Shown here: positions 51,127 through 60,519 of the stretch, piece by piece
Layout: each line of letters opens with the position of its first letter
Numbering within the stretch: the first letter of the stretch is position 1
From: Chloroflexota bacterium
Lineage (GTDB): Bacteria; Chloroflexota; Anaerolineae; UBA1429
DNA length: 64,000 bases
Direction of reading: 5' to 3'
Assembly: GCA_019873625.1 (NCBI GenBank)
Contig: JAIOAW010000006.1
Span: forward strand, 13,252-77,251
The notes under the pieces: model-generated
Seen by the model: only the letters and a program-made list of their open reading frames with translations
The model's database searches: none
What the model was told of the DNA's origin: nothing
Program-made: the position numbers and the translations under genes

Positions 51127-51914
51127 GCGCCTATGTGGCCCTCTTTAAGGCGCGTTTGCAGATGGGCCTGCAATACCGCGCGGCGGCCCTGGCGGGGTTG
51201 GGGACCCAGTTGTTCTGGGGGATCATCCGCCTGATGATCTTTGAAGCCTTTTTTCGCTCTTCGGCGGCGCCCCAGCCCATCACCTACCAGCAGACGGTGG
51301 ACTATTTGTGGCTCACGCAGGCGCTCCTCCTCATCTTGCCGATGCGGTTGGAGGGGGAAATCCAACAGATGATCCGCACGGGTGCGGTGGCCTATGAGTT
51401 GGCGCGCCCCACCGACTTGTATTGGTTCTGGTTCTTTCGCAGTGGGGCTGGGCGCACGGCGGCCCTGGCCCTGCGCGCGGCGCCGCTCTATCTTCTCGCT
51501 TGGCTCTTTTTGGGGCTAAAGGCGCCGCCCTCTTGGGCCTCGGCAGGGGCCTTTCTCCTTTCGCTCGCCTGCGCCAGTGCCTTGGGGTGCGCCCTGGCCA
51601 CGTTGATGACCATCAGCCTCCTATGGACCGTCTCCGGCGAGGGGATTAGCCGCCTTTTGAACCTCTTGGCCTATGTTTTCTCCGGCTCGGTCGTGCCGCT
51701 CCCCTTTTACCCAGCGTGGGCGCAGCGCGCCTTGGCTTTCTTGCCCTTTGGCGGGCTGATGGATACGCCCTTTCGCATCTACTCGGGGCACATCCCACCG
51801 GAGGAGGCCCTGGGGGCCATCGGCCATCAAATCGTTTGGACGGTGGCCCTCATCCTGTTGGGGCGCTGGATCCTCGGGCGTGGCCTGCGCCGCCTCACGG
51901 TGCAAGGGGGGTGA
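51123..51914 (+). CDS. ABC-2 family transporter permease
   Basis: 6 TM segments; start overlaps the ATPase stop (ATGA). Confidence 0.7.
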   Translation: MSAYVALFKARLQMGLQYRAAALAGLGTQLFWGIIRLMIFEAFFRSSAAPQPITYQQTVDYLWLTQALLLILPMRLEGEIQQMIRTGAVAYELARPTDLYWFWFFRSGAGRTAALALRAAPLYLLAWLFLGLKAPPSWASAGAFLLSLACASALGCALATLMTISLLWTVSGEGISRLLNLLAYVFSGSVVPLPFYPAWAQRALAFLPFGGLMDTPFRIYSGHIPPEEALGAIGHQIVWTVALILLGRWILGRGLRRLTVQGG

Positions 51915-51919
51915 GCGCG

Positions 51920-52780
51920 ATGCGCCGGGGGTTGGGGCAGAGGGGCCTTCGAAGGGTCGCCGCGCTCTTGGCCGATATCGGCGATGGGGCGCGCCTTTAT
52001 GGGCGCTATATCGCCCTCTCCATCCGCGCGCAGATGCAGTATCGCGCCTCGTTCATTATGCTCGCCGTGGGGCATTTTCTCTCCACGGGCATCGAGTTCT
52101 TGGGGATTTGGGCGCTCTTTGCCCGGTTTGGGGACCTCAAAGGGTGGTCTCTCCCGGAGGTGAGCCTGTTCTACGGCCTCGTGAACGTCTCGTTTGCCCT
52201 GGCCGAGGCCGCTGCCCGTGGGTTCGATACGTTTGACGGCCTCATCCGCAGCGGCGATTTCGACCGCCTGCTCCTGCGCCCACGGAGCATCGCCCTGCAA
52301 ATGGCCGGGCGCGAACTCCAGTTGATGCGCATCGGGCGCTTCTTCCAGGGGCTGGTGGTGCTCGCCTGGGGCGCGGCGGCCCTGGGCCTCCCTTGGACGG
52401 TTGACCGCATCGCCATCGCCCTAGGCGCCATCGTAGGGGGCGCCTTTGTCTTCGCGGGCCTCTTTGTGCTCCAGGCTACCCTCTGTTTTTGGACGGTGGA
52501 ATCCATCGAGATCATCAATACGACGACCTACGGCGGCGTGGAGACGGCGCAATTCCCCTTGACCATCTACCGCGATTGGTTCCGGCGCTTTTTCACCTAC
52601 CTCGTGCCCTTGGCGAGCGTAACCTACTTTCCCATCCTCGCCATTTTGGGCCGCGATGATCCTTTGGGCACCCCGCACCTCTTTCAGGCCCTTGCGCCCC
52701 TCGCAGGGCCGCTCTTTTTCGCGGCCACGCTCCAGGCTTGGCGTTTCGGCGTGCGCCACTATCACTCCACGGGGAGTTGA
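51920..52780 (+). CDS. ABC-2 family transporter permease (second)
   Basis: 6 TM segments; alternative GTG start at 51911 overlaps the upstream stop. Confidence 0.65.
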   Translation: MRRGLGQRGLRRVAALLADIGDGARLYGRYIALSIRAQMQYRASFIMLAVGHFLSTGIEFLGIWALFARFGDLKGWSLPEVSLFYGLVNVSFALAEAAARGFDTFDGLIRSGDFDRLLLRPRSIALQMAGRELQLMRIGRFFQGLVVLAWGAAALGLPWTVDRIAIALGAIVGGAFVFAGLFVLQATLCFWTVESIEIINTTTYGGVETAQFPLTIYRDWFRRFFTYLVPLASVTYFPILAILGRDDPLGTPHLFQALAPLAGPLFFAATLQAWRFGVRHYHSTGS

Positions 52781-52782
52781 AA

Positions 52783-52808
52783 GGGCGCTGGCCCTAAGGC
52801 CAGCGCCC
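52783..52808 (+). terminator. Bidirectional terminator hairpin
   Basis: GGGCGCTGGCC-CTAA-GGCCAGCGCCC perfect 11-bp stem between convergent genes. Confidence 0.5.
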
Positions 52809-52832
52809 GATCGGTGCCCCTATGAGGCGGGG

Positions 52833-53762
52833 TCAGCGCAAGGCGCCCCCTTCGGTGAACCACTCGCGCGCAGCATAGTCGAGCGCGCGGCAGACCTCCG
52901 GCGTGAGGGGCGAAGGCCCCTCGCGCCCATAGGCCGCCATGGGCACGCCCCGCTTGGCAAGGAGGTACTTGCTCCCTTGGGGGTGCACCTGCCGTTGGGC
53001 GAGGTGGATGGCGCACAGCCGCGCCTGGAGCGCCTCGGCGCGCGCAGCGTCCTCCGGTGCCTTGCTCTGGCCCAGGCGGATGACCTCCGCCACCAACTCG
53101 GGCACGATGATGGAGGCCACGCTCATCGTGCCCGGTGCGCCCAGGCGCGTCGCCTCCAGGAGGTAGGAGACGTTGGCCTGCAGGAGCGCGAGGGGTGTGC
53201 CGCGCACCGCCTCCAACAGGGCGGCGATTTTGTGGATGTCGCAACTCGTCTCTTTATAAGCCACAAAGCGCCCCGTGCGGGCCAGTTTGCGCACCAAATC
53301 CACGCCGAGGTGGTACGGCCGAGGCACAGGGCACTCGTACAGGCCCAAGGGCACATCGGGCAGGGCCTCGGCTAGGGTGAGATAGTAGCGTTCGAGAGCG
53401 GCGTCATCCTCCAGGAAGGGCGGCACCACGAGCATCACCACGTCGGCGCCGGCCTCGGCGATGCGCCGGCAGAGGCGGAGATGCGCCGCTTGGTCTTCCC
53501 CCAGGTTCCCGGTGGCCACGATGGGAACGCGCCCCTTTGCCACGTCGGCGGCCTCTCGCACCAAGGTGACGCGCTCGTCGTCATCGAGGGCGTACATCTC
53601 GCTGGAAAGGCAGTTGGCGTACAGGCCCCCCACGCCGTGTTCGAGATACCAGGCAATCATCTCGCGGTATGCGCCCAAGTCGAGCGCGAGGCGCTCGGTA
53701 AAGGGTGTCACCATCACGGGCCAGGAGCCGGCCAAAGTGCGCAAGGGCATATCGCTCGTCAT
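52833..53762 (-). CDS. DapA-family (dihydrodipicolinate synthase/N-acetylneuraminate lyase family) aldolase
   Basis: …PVMVTPFTERLALDLGAYREMIAWYLEHGVGGLYANCLSSEMYAL… class I aldolase family pattern. Confidence 0.7.
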   Translation of the reverse strand: MTSDMPLRTLAGSWPVMVTPFTERLALDLGAYREMIAWYLEHGVGGLYANCLSSEMYALDDDERVTLVREAADVAKGRVPIVATGNLGEDQAAHLRLCRRIAEAGADVVMLVVPPFLEDDAALERYYLTLAEALPDVPLGLYECPVPRPYHLGVDLVRKLARTGRFVAYKETSCDIHKIAALLEAVRGTPLALLQANVSYLLEATRLGAPGTMSVASIIVPELVAEVIRLGQSKAPEDAARAEALQARLCAIHLAQRQVHPQGSKYLLAKRGVPMAAYGREGPSPLTPEVCRALDYAAREWFTEGGALR

Positions 53763-53772
53763 CCTCCTTTCT

Positions 53773-56646
53773 TTATTTACCCGGCGTACGCTCCGGCGTG
53801 GGCGTGCGCGTCGCGGTGGGCGTACGGGTGGGTGTCGGTGTGCGCGTCAAAGTCGGCGTACGCGTGAGCGTAGGGGTGTACGTCCGCGTCGGCGTGCGCG
53901 TCAAAGTCGGCGTGCGCGTGAGCGTGGGCGTGCGCGAGGGCGTGGCCGTGAGCGGCGGCCCGGCCTGCACGCTCAACGTGTAGGGCTGCATCGAGGTTTG
54001 AGAACGGCTGGAGGGGCTTACGCGGATGTAAAACACCTTGCCGCCTTGGGCCGGCACGTTCAGCGTCACACTCTGGCCGGCAGAGGCAGAGTAATCAGAG
54101 GCCACGGTGTAGCCACCTTGGTCGTAAACGACCAAGTTCGGTTCGACATTGGGCGCCACATCGGTTAGAGAAATCGTCAGAAGGGTCGGGGCGAGAGGTG
54201 TAGGCACAAGGATTTTGTAGTAATCCGCCTCGCCCGTCACGCGTTCCCAGAAGTAGCCATGCATCGGCCCGGCTTGCCAATCCCACGGGGTGGCCTCGGC
54301 CCGCGAATCGTTCGGCTCATTGGGGTCGGGCACGGTTTGGATGGTCAGCCGATAGGGCTGGAGCGACGTCTGAGAACGGCTGGAGGGGCTTACGCCGATG
54401 TAGAACATCTGGCCCGCGTTCGCGTCTATGGTGAGCGAGACGCTCTGCCCAGACCCCGCGGAATAGTCCGCGACCACCACATAGCCCCCCACATCCAAGA
54501 TGATCACATTCGGCTCGACGTTCGAGGGCACCTCATCCAATGTGGCCGTGAAGAGCACGCTCCCCAGGCTCGTGGGGATGGTTACGGTATAGTAATCCAC
54601 ATCGCCCGTCACGCGTTCCCAGAAGTAGCCGTAGGCCGGGCCGGCCTGCCAATCCCAATAGTTCGCCTGGGCCTTGGTGTCGTTCGGCTCGCCGGGGTCC
54701 GGCACCCACGAGAGGGAGAGATGATAGTACGCCGAGGATGTTTGCGACGCTCTGCTCGCGCATACGCGCGCCGTAAAGACCTCACCGGCGTTCGCGTCAA
54801 TCGTCAACGAGACGGGTTCGCCTGCCCTGGCCGTGTAATATGAGGCGATGATGTAGCCGTTGGCGTTAAAGAGGATGAGATCCGCCTCGATATTCGCCGG
54901 CACGTTCGTCAAGGCCACCGTGTAGATGCCCGACTCGGGCGCCTGCCACCGGAAAAAGTCCTTATCTCCTTGGGTGGCGATTTGCCCGCGCATCTCCGTC
55001 GTAGCCGGCCACAAATCCGCCGTAGAGAGCGAATCGTTCGGCTCAGATTCGGTCTCGCCCGTCCACGGGATGGGCGTGGGAGTCGGAGTCCACGTGGGGC
55101 GAGGGGTGGGCGTGATAGCCGGCGTGGGCGTGGTGCGGAGGAACTCCACACCCAGGGTATAATTCCCGCTCCCCGTGTAGCGCTTCACCCAAATGTAATA
55201 GGTGCCCGCCTGAGGCGAGGAGAGGTAAATTTCCTCGTCCAGGTTGCTGCCCCGCTCCGAGTAGGCCAATTCGCCGCACTGCTGAGGGGGGCAATCTTTT
55301 TGGACCAAGAGGTCGAAATCCGCGCCGGGGGAGATATTCGTCAACGTGAGGCGCAGGGCCACTAACCCCGCAGGCACCTGTAGGCGGAAGGTCTCGCCCC
55401 CTATGCCCTCTTGAAGGGCGCTCGAGGTCGTGCCAGGGCCGATATCTCGATATCCCGCTGGCGTGGCCGTGGGCTGCTGGCCGGGCGGGGGCGGTGGCGG
55501 CGGAGGGTTGAAGAGGTCGAGCGAGCAGGTGGCCGAGTTATCCGCCGTATCCTTATCGTGTGCGATGGGCGCCTCGGCGGTGAGGGTGTACGTGCCCTCT
55601 AGGAAGCACTGGCTTGGCCCCTCTGTTACAAAGACATAGGTGTCTCGATCCACCCTGTTCCAGTAAATCGGTAGGTTCGATTCGCTGTTGCGGATGGTAT
55701 AGTCGCCGCTATAAGCGTCCCAATGGGTTACCGTATCGCTCCAGTCGCTCCAATCGGCAAACCACCCGCTCTTGGTGCGCTCGCGCACCCACATCCAGCC
55801 GGAGACCGTCCCCTGAGAGAAGGTGACGCTATCCCCATCGCTGTTGAGGAGCACCCAGCCCTGGCTGGCCTGGCCATCCATCCCACTGCTCGAGGAGATG
55901 AGGGAAGTCATATCGTAGAGGCCATTCCCCCAAGAGATGTCAACCGTCTGGTCTGAGGGCTGGTCAAAGAGGGCGAGCAACTCGCACGCGTGGCCCAGGT
56001 TCTCTTGCAGGCATTGATTGTACCCGTAGGAGATGACCCAGTTCGGGTAACTGAGAGTGGGCACATCTTCTTTGTGCACCAAGAGGCGCTGGCCATCCTC
56101 CCTTTGGAGCCACACGTAGGTTTTGAACTCGCGGCTGTAGGCATCCGGTTCGTAATCGGGGAGCAATCCGGTGCGCGAGTTATCTACTCTCACGCTCAGG
56201 TTCCCCTGCGAGCAGTCGGTGATCGTCGTCCGCACGTTAGGGGCGTAGCGGCAGGGGTTGCTCTCGCACTGGTTGACGCACACACTATACTGCCCCAGCA
56301 CCATACTGCGGCAGTCGAGGGTGTACCCCCCCGGCGCCCCCACGATTTCGGAGGCGATGGAGAGAAGGAAGGTAAAGTTCTGCCACCAATCCGGGTCGTT
56401 GCAGCCGGTCAATTCGACGGCCGTATTGTACCAACGGATATATGTGTCGAGGTTCTGCATCCCCAGGACGTACTGATAGTCGAGGCAGTTGGCGGCGCAG
56501 GCGTTCACGCGGCAGGCTGCCTGCGGTCCCTGGGCGCGGGCCTTGTGCAGCCCGGCCCCCCAGATGGCCCCGCCCGATACGATCGTTAGGCCCAAAAGGA
56601 GGCCCACAATGCACCGCATTACCCCACGTTGGCGGGACAGGCCCAT
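53773..56646 (-). CDS. Large secreted protein: signal peptide, Cys-rich N-terminal domain, four PPC (pre-peptidase C-terminal-type) domains, C-terminal Thr/Pro repeat tail
   Basis: Signal peptide MRCIVGLLLGLTIVSGGAIWGAG; poly-Pro hinge (PPPPPPPP); repeated EPNDSxxxA…DxDYYxx… modules (x3) plus one more PPC-like domain; C-terminal TPTLTRTPTLTRTPTRTYTPTLTRTP… encoded by tandem DNA repeats at 53790..53990. Confidence 0.65.
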   Translation of the reverse strand: MGLSRQRGVMRCIVGLLLGLTIVSGGAIWGAGLHKARAQGPQAACRVNACAANCLDYQYVLGMQNLDTYIRWYNTAVELTGCNDPDWWQNFTFLLSIASEIVGAPGGYTLDCRSMVLGQYSVCVNQCESNPCRYAPNVRTTITDCSQGNLSVRVDNSRTGLLPDYEPDAYSREFKTYVWLQREDGQRLLVHKEDVPTLSYPNWVISYGYNQCLQENLGHACELLALFDQPSDQTVDISWGNGLYDMTSLISSSSGMDGQASQGWVLLNSDGDSVTFSQGTVSGWMWVRERTKSGWFADWSDWSDTVTHWDAYSGDYTIRNSESNLPIYWNRVDRDTYVFVTEGPSQCFLEGTYTLTAEAPIAHDKDTADNSATCSLDLFNPPPPPPPPGQQPTATPAGYRDIGPGTTSSALQEGIGGETFRLQVPAGLVALRLTLTNISPGADFDLLVQKDCPPQQCGELAYSERGSNLDEEIYLSSPQAGTYYIWVKRYTGSGNYTLGVEFLRTTPTPAITPTPRPTWTPTPTPIPWTGETESEPNDSLSTADLWPATTEMRGQIATQGDKDFFRWQAPESGIYTVALTNVPANIEADLILFNANGYIIASYYTARAGEPVSLTIDANAGEVFTARVCASRASQTSSAYYHLSLSWVPDPGEPNDTKAQANYWDWQAGPAYGYFWERVTGDVDYYTVTIPTSLGSVLFTATLDEVPSNVEPNVIILDVGGYVVVADYSAGSGQSVSLTIDANAGQMFYIGVSPSSRSQTSLQPYRLTIQTVPDPNEPNDSRAEATPWDWQAGPMHGYFWERVTGEADYYKILVPTPLAPTLLTISLTDVAPNVEPNLVVYDQGGYTVASDYSASAGQSVTLNVPAQGGKVFYIRVSPSSRSQTSMQPYTLSVQAGPPLTATPSRTPTLTRTPTLTRTPTRTYTPTLTRTPTLTRTPTPTRTPTATRTPTPERTPGK
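53790..53990 (-). repeat. Coding tandem repeats (gcgtgcgcgtcaaagtcggcgt-like units) encoding the TPTxTRTP tail
   Basis: Direct repeats visible in the sequence. Confidence 0.6.
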
Positions 56647-56760
56647 AATGCCATCCCCTCCTTTTGCTCAGCGGGCGAACACCCAAAGGTACCGGAAAGG
56701 CCAATCTGTATACAAAAAGTATAATCCCGCCGGGCCAGTGTGTCTACCCCAAGAGGCGGG

Positions 56761-56788
56761 TTGACGCATCGCCCGGCGCCAATACAAT
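56761..56788 (+). promoter_or_regulatory. Sigma70-like promoter for the ZIP gene (-35 TTGACG, 16 nt, -10 TACAAT)
   Basis: ttgacgcatcgcccggcgccaatacaat, ~32 nt upstream of ATG 56821; inverted repeat TATAC-N5-GTATA at 56709..56723 just upstream. Confidence 0.4.
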
Positions 56789-56820
56789 CCGCGTCAAAAG
56801 GGCGCGTTTGGGAGGGGGAG

Positions 56821-57621
56821 ATGACCGGATGGCTTGAACAGTTCCCACCCGTTTTGCAGGCCCTGCTGGCCACGCTTTTTACCTGGTTCGTTACGGCGCT
56901 GGGGGCTATGCCCGTCTTTTTCACCTCGCGCGTCAACCGGCGCCTGCTGGATGGTATGCTCGGTGCGGCCTCGGGGGTGATGATTGCGGCGAGTTTTTGG
57001 TCGCTCTTGGCGCCGGCCATCGAGATGTCTCACGGGTCTTGGGTGCCGGCGGGGGTAGGGTTTTTGTTGGGGGGCGCGGTGCTGCGCCTCATCGATTTTC
57101 TCTTGCCGCACCTGCACCCCTCGTTGGCCGGAGGTGCACCAGAAGGTTTGAGCACCTCTTGGCGGCGGAGCGTGCTCCTCGTGCTCGCCGTAACCCTGCA
57201 TAACATCCCGGAGGGGTTGGCGGTGGGCGTGGCCTTTGGCGCGGCTGCGGCGGGCATCGAAGGGGCGACGTTGGGGGGCGCCCTGGCCCTTGCCTTCGGC
57301 ATTGGCCTGCAAAACTTTCCGGAGGGCACGGCGGTGGCTATGCCCTTGCGGCGCGAGGGCCTTTCGCAGTTCAAGGCCTTTTGGTTCGGCCAACTTTCGG
57401 GTTTTGTAGAACCTATGGGGGGTGTGTTGGGGGCCTGGGCCGTCCTTGCGGTGCGTGGCCTTTTGCCCTATGCCCTGGCCTTTGCCGCGGGCGCGATGAT
57501 CTTCGTGGTCATCGAGGAGTTGGTGCCGGAAGCGCAATCGGCGGGGAACGGGCACCTCGCCACGGCGGGGGCGATGCTAGGGTTCGCCGTGATGATGATC
57601 CTCGACGTGGCCTTGGGCTAA
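56821..57621 (+). CDS. ZIP-family metal (zinc) transporter, ZupT-like
   Basis: …[18 protein letters not shown]… and …[14 protein letters not shown]… ZIP signature helices with HNxPEG/QNxPEG. Confidence 0.85.
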   Translation: MTGWLEQFPPVLQALLATLFTWFVTALGAMPVFFTSRVNRRLLDGMLGAASGVMIAASFWSLLAPAIEMSHGSWVPAGVGFLLGGAVLRLIDFLLPHLHPSLAGGAPEGLSTSWRRSVLLVLAVTLHNIPEGLAVGVAFGAAAAGIEGATLGGALALAFGIGLQNFPEGTAVAMPLRREGLSQFKAFWFGQLSGFVEPMGGVLGAWAVLAVRGLLPYALAFAAGAMIFVVIEELVPEAQSAGNGHLATAGAMLGFAVMMILDVALG

Positions 57622-58931
57622 GGGGTGGGGGCGCTCTCGCGCGGCGGGCGGCGCGTACTCACCAGCGTGAGCGAGAGGAGGAATGACAAGATGGCGATGC
57701 CCAGCGCCCCCGCGAACACGGCGATATAAGAGACCGACCGCGCCACCCACCCCGCCAAAGCAGGGGCGACCATCACGACGGCGGTCAGGGTATTCATCAG
57801 GCCGATGTATAGTGGGCGGCGCGCCTCGCCGGCGTATTCCATAATCCAATTGAAAAAAGGCCAACTGAGGCCGCTCATATAGATGCCCAAAAAGAAATAG
57901 ATGGCTGGGAAGATATACTGCAACGCCCCCGGCACGGCCGGCGCAAGGAGGGTGGCCAAGAGGGCCAAGGCCGGCGGCAGGCCGGCCAAGGCGATGATCA
58001 AACGGATGTGCACGAGCGGCCCCCACTTGGCTTGCACCAGCCCCAACAAGAATCCCGCCGTCATCGAGCCGATGACCTGGGCGGAGATAAAGAGGCCCGC
58101 GTCGCGCACGCTGAACCCCAGGTTGCGCGTGGCGTGGAGCACGTAAAAGGCGCCAGCGCCCCCCACATACCCCACGATGACCTTGACGAGCACCAAGCGG
58201 CGGAAAGGGCGATCCTCTTTGAGGATGCGCGGCAAAGAGGCGAATACCTGCCGGAGGGGTGGGGCATCCTGCGTGGCCTGCGAAGGTGGCTCATAGACGA
58301 AAAAGAGCGCGGCCCCGCCCAAGAGAAAGGTAATGCCCCCGATGAGAAAGAGGATGGCAAAGTTGGCCGGGTAGGTCCAAGGGCTGGTTTCGCCCAGGGC
58401 ATAGCGCACAAAGAGGCCCACGGCCACACCCCCAAGGCTCCCCAACACCTGGCCGATGCCGACCACGGTGCCGCGCCGCCGGTGCGGCAGGGCGCGCGCG
58501 ATGACATCGAACCAAGGGATGCTGGCCATCGCATCCCCCATAAAAAAGAATACGATGCTAAAAAGGGTAAAAGCCAAAGTCGCCGTAGGGGCCACCGTGG
58601 TGTAACGCCATACCACCCAAGCCAAGACGAGGATGATGGGGCGCGTCAGCCAGACGGCGCGTAGGATGGCCGGCTTTTTGCGCGGCAGGCGCGCCACGAG
58701 GCTCGCTACGATGAGTTGGGGGAGCAGCCAGGCCGCGCTGATAAGGCCGCTCGCCAGGCCGACGATGACCTCCGAGCGCGTCAAAGACCCGATGAAGGCG
58801 GGCATCACCGTGGTCGAGCTGATAAAGGTTACCGCGATATAAAAAAGGCATACATCCGCGCAAAAGGCGCAGGCGTTGCGCAAGAAGTATTGGGGGCGCG
58901 CCTCTCGCTCCAAAAGGGCAGTCTGGCTCAC
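57618..58931 (-). CDS. MFS transporter
   Basis: 12 TM-like segments; start set at GTG 58931 (GAGGAG 9 nt upstream) to avoid overlap with the adjacent oxidoreductase gene. Confidence 0.7.
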   Translation of the reverse strand: MSQTALLEREARPQYFLRNACAFCADVCLFYIAVTFISSTTVMPAFIGSLTRSEVIVGLASGLISAAWLLPQLIVASLVARLPRKKPAILRAVWLTRPIILVLAWVVWRYTTVAPTATLAFTLFSIVFFFMGDAMASIPWFDVIARALPHRRRGTVVGIGQVLGSLGGVAVGLFVRYALGETSPWTYPANFAILFLIGGITFLLGGAALFFVYEPPSQATQDAPPLRQVFASLPRILKEDRPFRRLVLVKVIVGYVGGAGAFYVLHATRNLGFSVRDAGLFISAQVIGSMTAGFLLGLVQAKWGPLVHIRLIIALAGLPPALALLATLLAPAVPGALQYIFPAIYFFLGIYMSGLSWPFFNWIMEYAGEARRPLYIGLMNTLTAVVMVAPALAGWVARSVSYIAVFAGALGIAILSFLLSLTLVSTRRPPRESAPTP

Positions 58932-59097
58932 GGGATCGTTCCTCTCCTCAGGGTGCAAACACCCCCATACTCTAGGGAGAAGCGCCAGAGCGTCAAATAA
59001 GGGGGCCAGGGGCAAGGCCTCCTGCCTGTGGAGCCTTGCCAGGGGCCGGCCCCTTTCACCCCCGAGCGCTTCGGGGCGGGGGCTGGCCCCGCTTGGC

Positions 59098-60354
59098 TCA
59101 GCCCAAATAGACCCCCTGCCTTTGCAGGGCTTGCCGCAGGAGGCCGCTGGGCACGGCGCGGGGAGCGCAGCCCAGTTCAACGGCTAACGCGGCGGCCACC
59201 CCGGCCGCTTGGCCTGTGCAGAAACAGGGCACGATGAGGCGCAGGGTATTGCAGGCCCGGTAGTCGCTGGAGACGGAGCGCCCGGCCACGAGGAGGCCAT
59301 CTACCCCTTTGGGCACCATACAGCGATAGGGGATGTCATAGTTCAGGCCGCGGAGGCGATAGGTCGGCCCCCAATCGGGAAAGTAAACGCCTAGCCGGGC
59401 GATGCCATCTTCAAAGTGGCGGCTGGCGCGCAGGTCCTCATCGGTGAGGCGATATTCGCCGTGGATGCGCCGCCCTTGGCGCACGCCCAATTGCGGGTAC
59501 GTCTCCACAATGCGCGCGGCCTCCCAGCCGGGCAGATGCTCGCGCAGATAGAGGAGCGCCGCAAAGGCCTCTCGGCGGAAGATGATCTCGGCGCGGGTCA
59601 ACGCCTCGGCGTTTGCGATATCCAAGCCCGGCAGGCGGCGCGACGCGCCGGGCAAAACGCCGCCGTTCAGGCGCTTGGCCTCGGCGATGAGGGCGTCATA
59701 GGCGGCGGGCTGCTCGCGGCGAAAGGCCTCGACCCGCGCAGTATCTACGCCGCTGACCGTCATCCCCAGGGTCACCTCGTGCGGCTCGTTATCATAAGGC
59801 ACCCCGGCCCGCGCGGCCAGGTCGGCATCGGCGGAGGCATCCACCGTAACCGCCGCCAGAATCGCCTCGCGGCCGCTCTTGCTCTCCACGGTGACACCGA
59901 TGACCCGCCCCTCGCGAAGGATGGGGTCGCAGGCCAAGGTATGGAGCCGCAGGCGGACCCCCGCCTCGAGGAGCATTTCGGCGGCCTGCCATTTGAACAG
60001 TTCGGCATCCACGCGGTAGTCGCCCGAGCGGCGAAACTCGGCGGTCTCTTCATCTTCGGTATCTACGACGCCGTGGACGCCCCCCAGTTTGGCGAGCCGC
60101 TGGCGGATTTCCTCCGTAATCCCCTTGGCGATGGGGCGGTTCCCGTCGCCCACGCCGAGGATGGCCACGACGCGGGCGCCCGTGATCATCCCGCCGAGGT
60201 AGCCGTAGCGCTCCACAAGCAGGGTGCGGGCGCCCTCGCGCGCTGCCGCAAGCGCCGCTGCGATGCCCGCAGGGCCGCCGCCGGCGACGAGGACGTCCAC
60301 CTGGGCGATGACCGGCGTGCGCCGAGGGGGTTCTTCAATCCATGATGTCGTCAT
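59098..60354 (-). CDS. FAD-dependent oxidoreductase (GlcNAc/halogenase-like FAD_oxidored family)
   Basis: VLVAGGGPAGIAAALAAAREGARTLLVER (dinucleotide-binding GxGxxG); AGGAGAA upstream of ATG 60354. Confidence 0.7.
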   Translation of the reverse strand: MTTSWIEEPPRRTPVIAQVDVLVAGGGPAGIAAALAAAREGARTLLVERYGYLGGMITGARVVAILGVGDGNRPIAKGITEEIRQRLAKLGGVHGVVDTEDEETAEFRRSGDYRVDAELFKWQAAEMLLEAGVRLRLHTLACDPILREGRVIGVTVESKSGREAILAAVTVDASADADLAARAGVPYDNEPHEVTLGMTVSGVDTARVEAFRREQPAAYDALIAEAKRLNGGVLPGASRRLPGLDIANAEALTRAEIIFRREAFAALLYLREHLPGWEAARIVETYPQLGVRQGRRIHGEYRLTDEDLRASRHFEDGIARLGVYFPDWGPTYRLRGLNYDIPYRCMVPKGVDGLLVAGRSVSSDYRACNTLRLIVPCFCTGQAAGVAAALAVELGCAPRAVPSGLLRQALQRQGVYLG

Positions 60355-60519
60355 CGTGATTCTCCTAGAAAGGGTTGAACGCAAACGCCCCCATCATAGC
60401 GCACGAAGGGGCTGGCTGGCAACCCGTTGGGGGAGCGGGGTTCCCTGCGCGTTCAAAAAAAGGCGCCCAACGCCCTCGCGCACTGGACACATCCCCCCAA
60501 GCGCGCTATATTGAAAGGG

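Noticed and set aside
53790-53990. Tandem DNA repeats
   Set aside because: They lie within a CDS and encode the TPTxTRTP tail; they are coding repeats, not a CRISPR or mobile element.
57618-59180. Full 520-aa MFS ORF
   Set aside because: The N-terminal 83 codons are Pro/Arg/Ala-rich and overlap the convergent FAD-oxidoreductase gene; an internal GTG with GAGGAG SD at 58931 gives a standard ~437-aa MFS.
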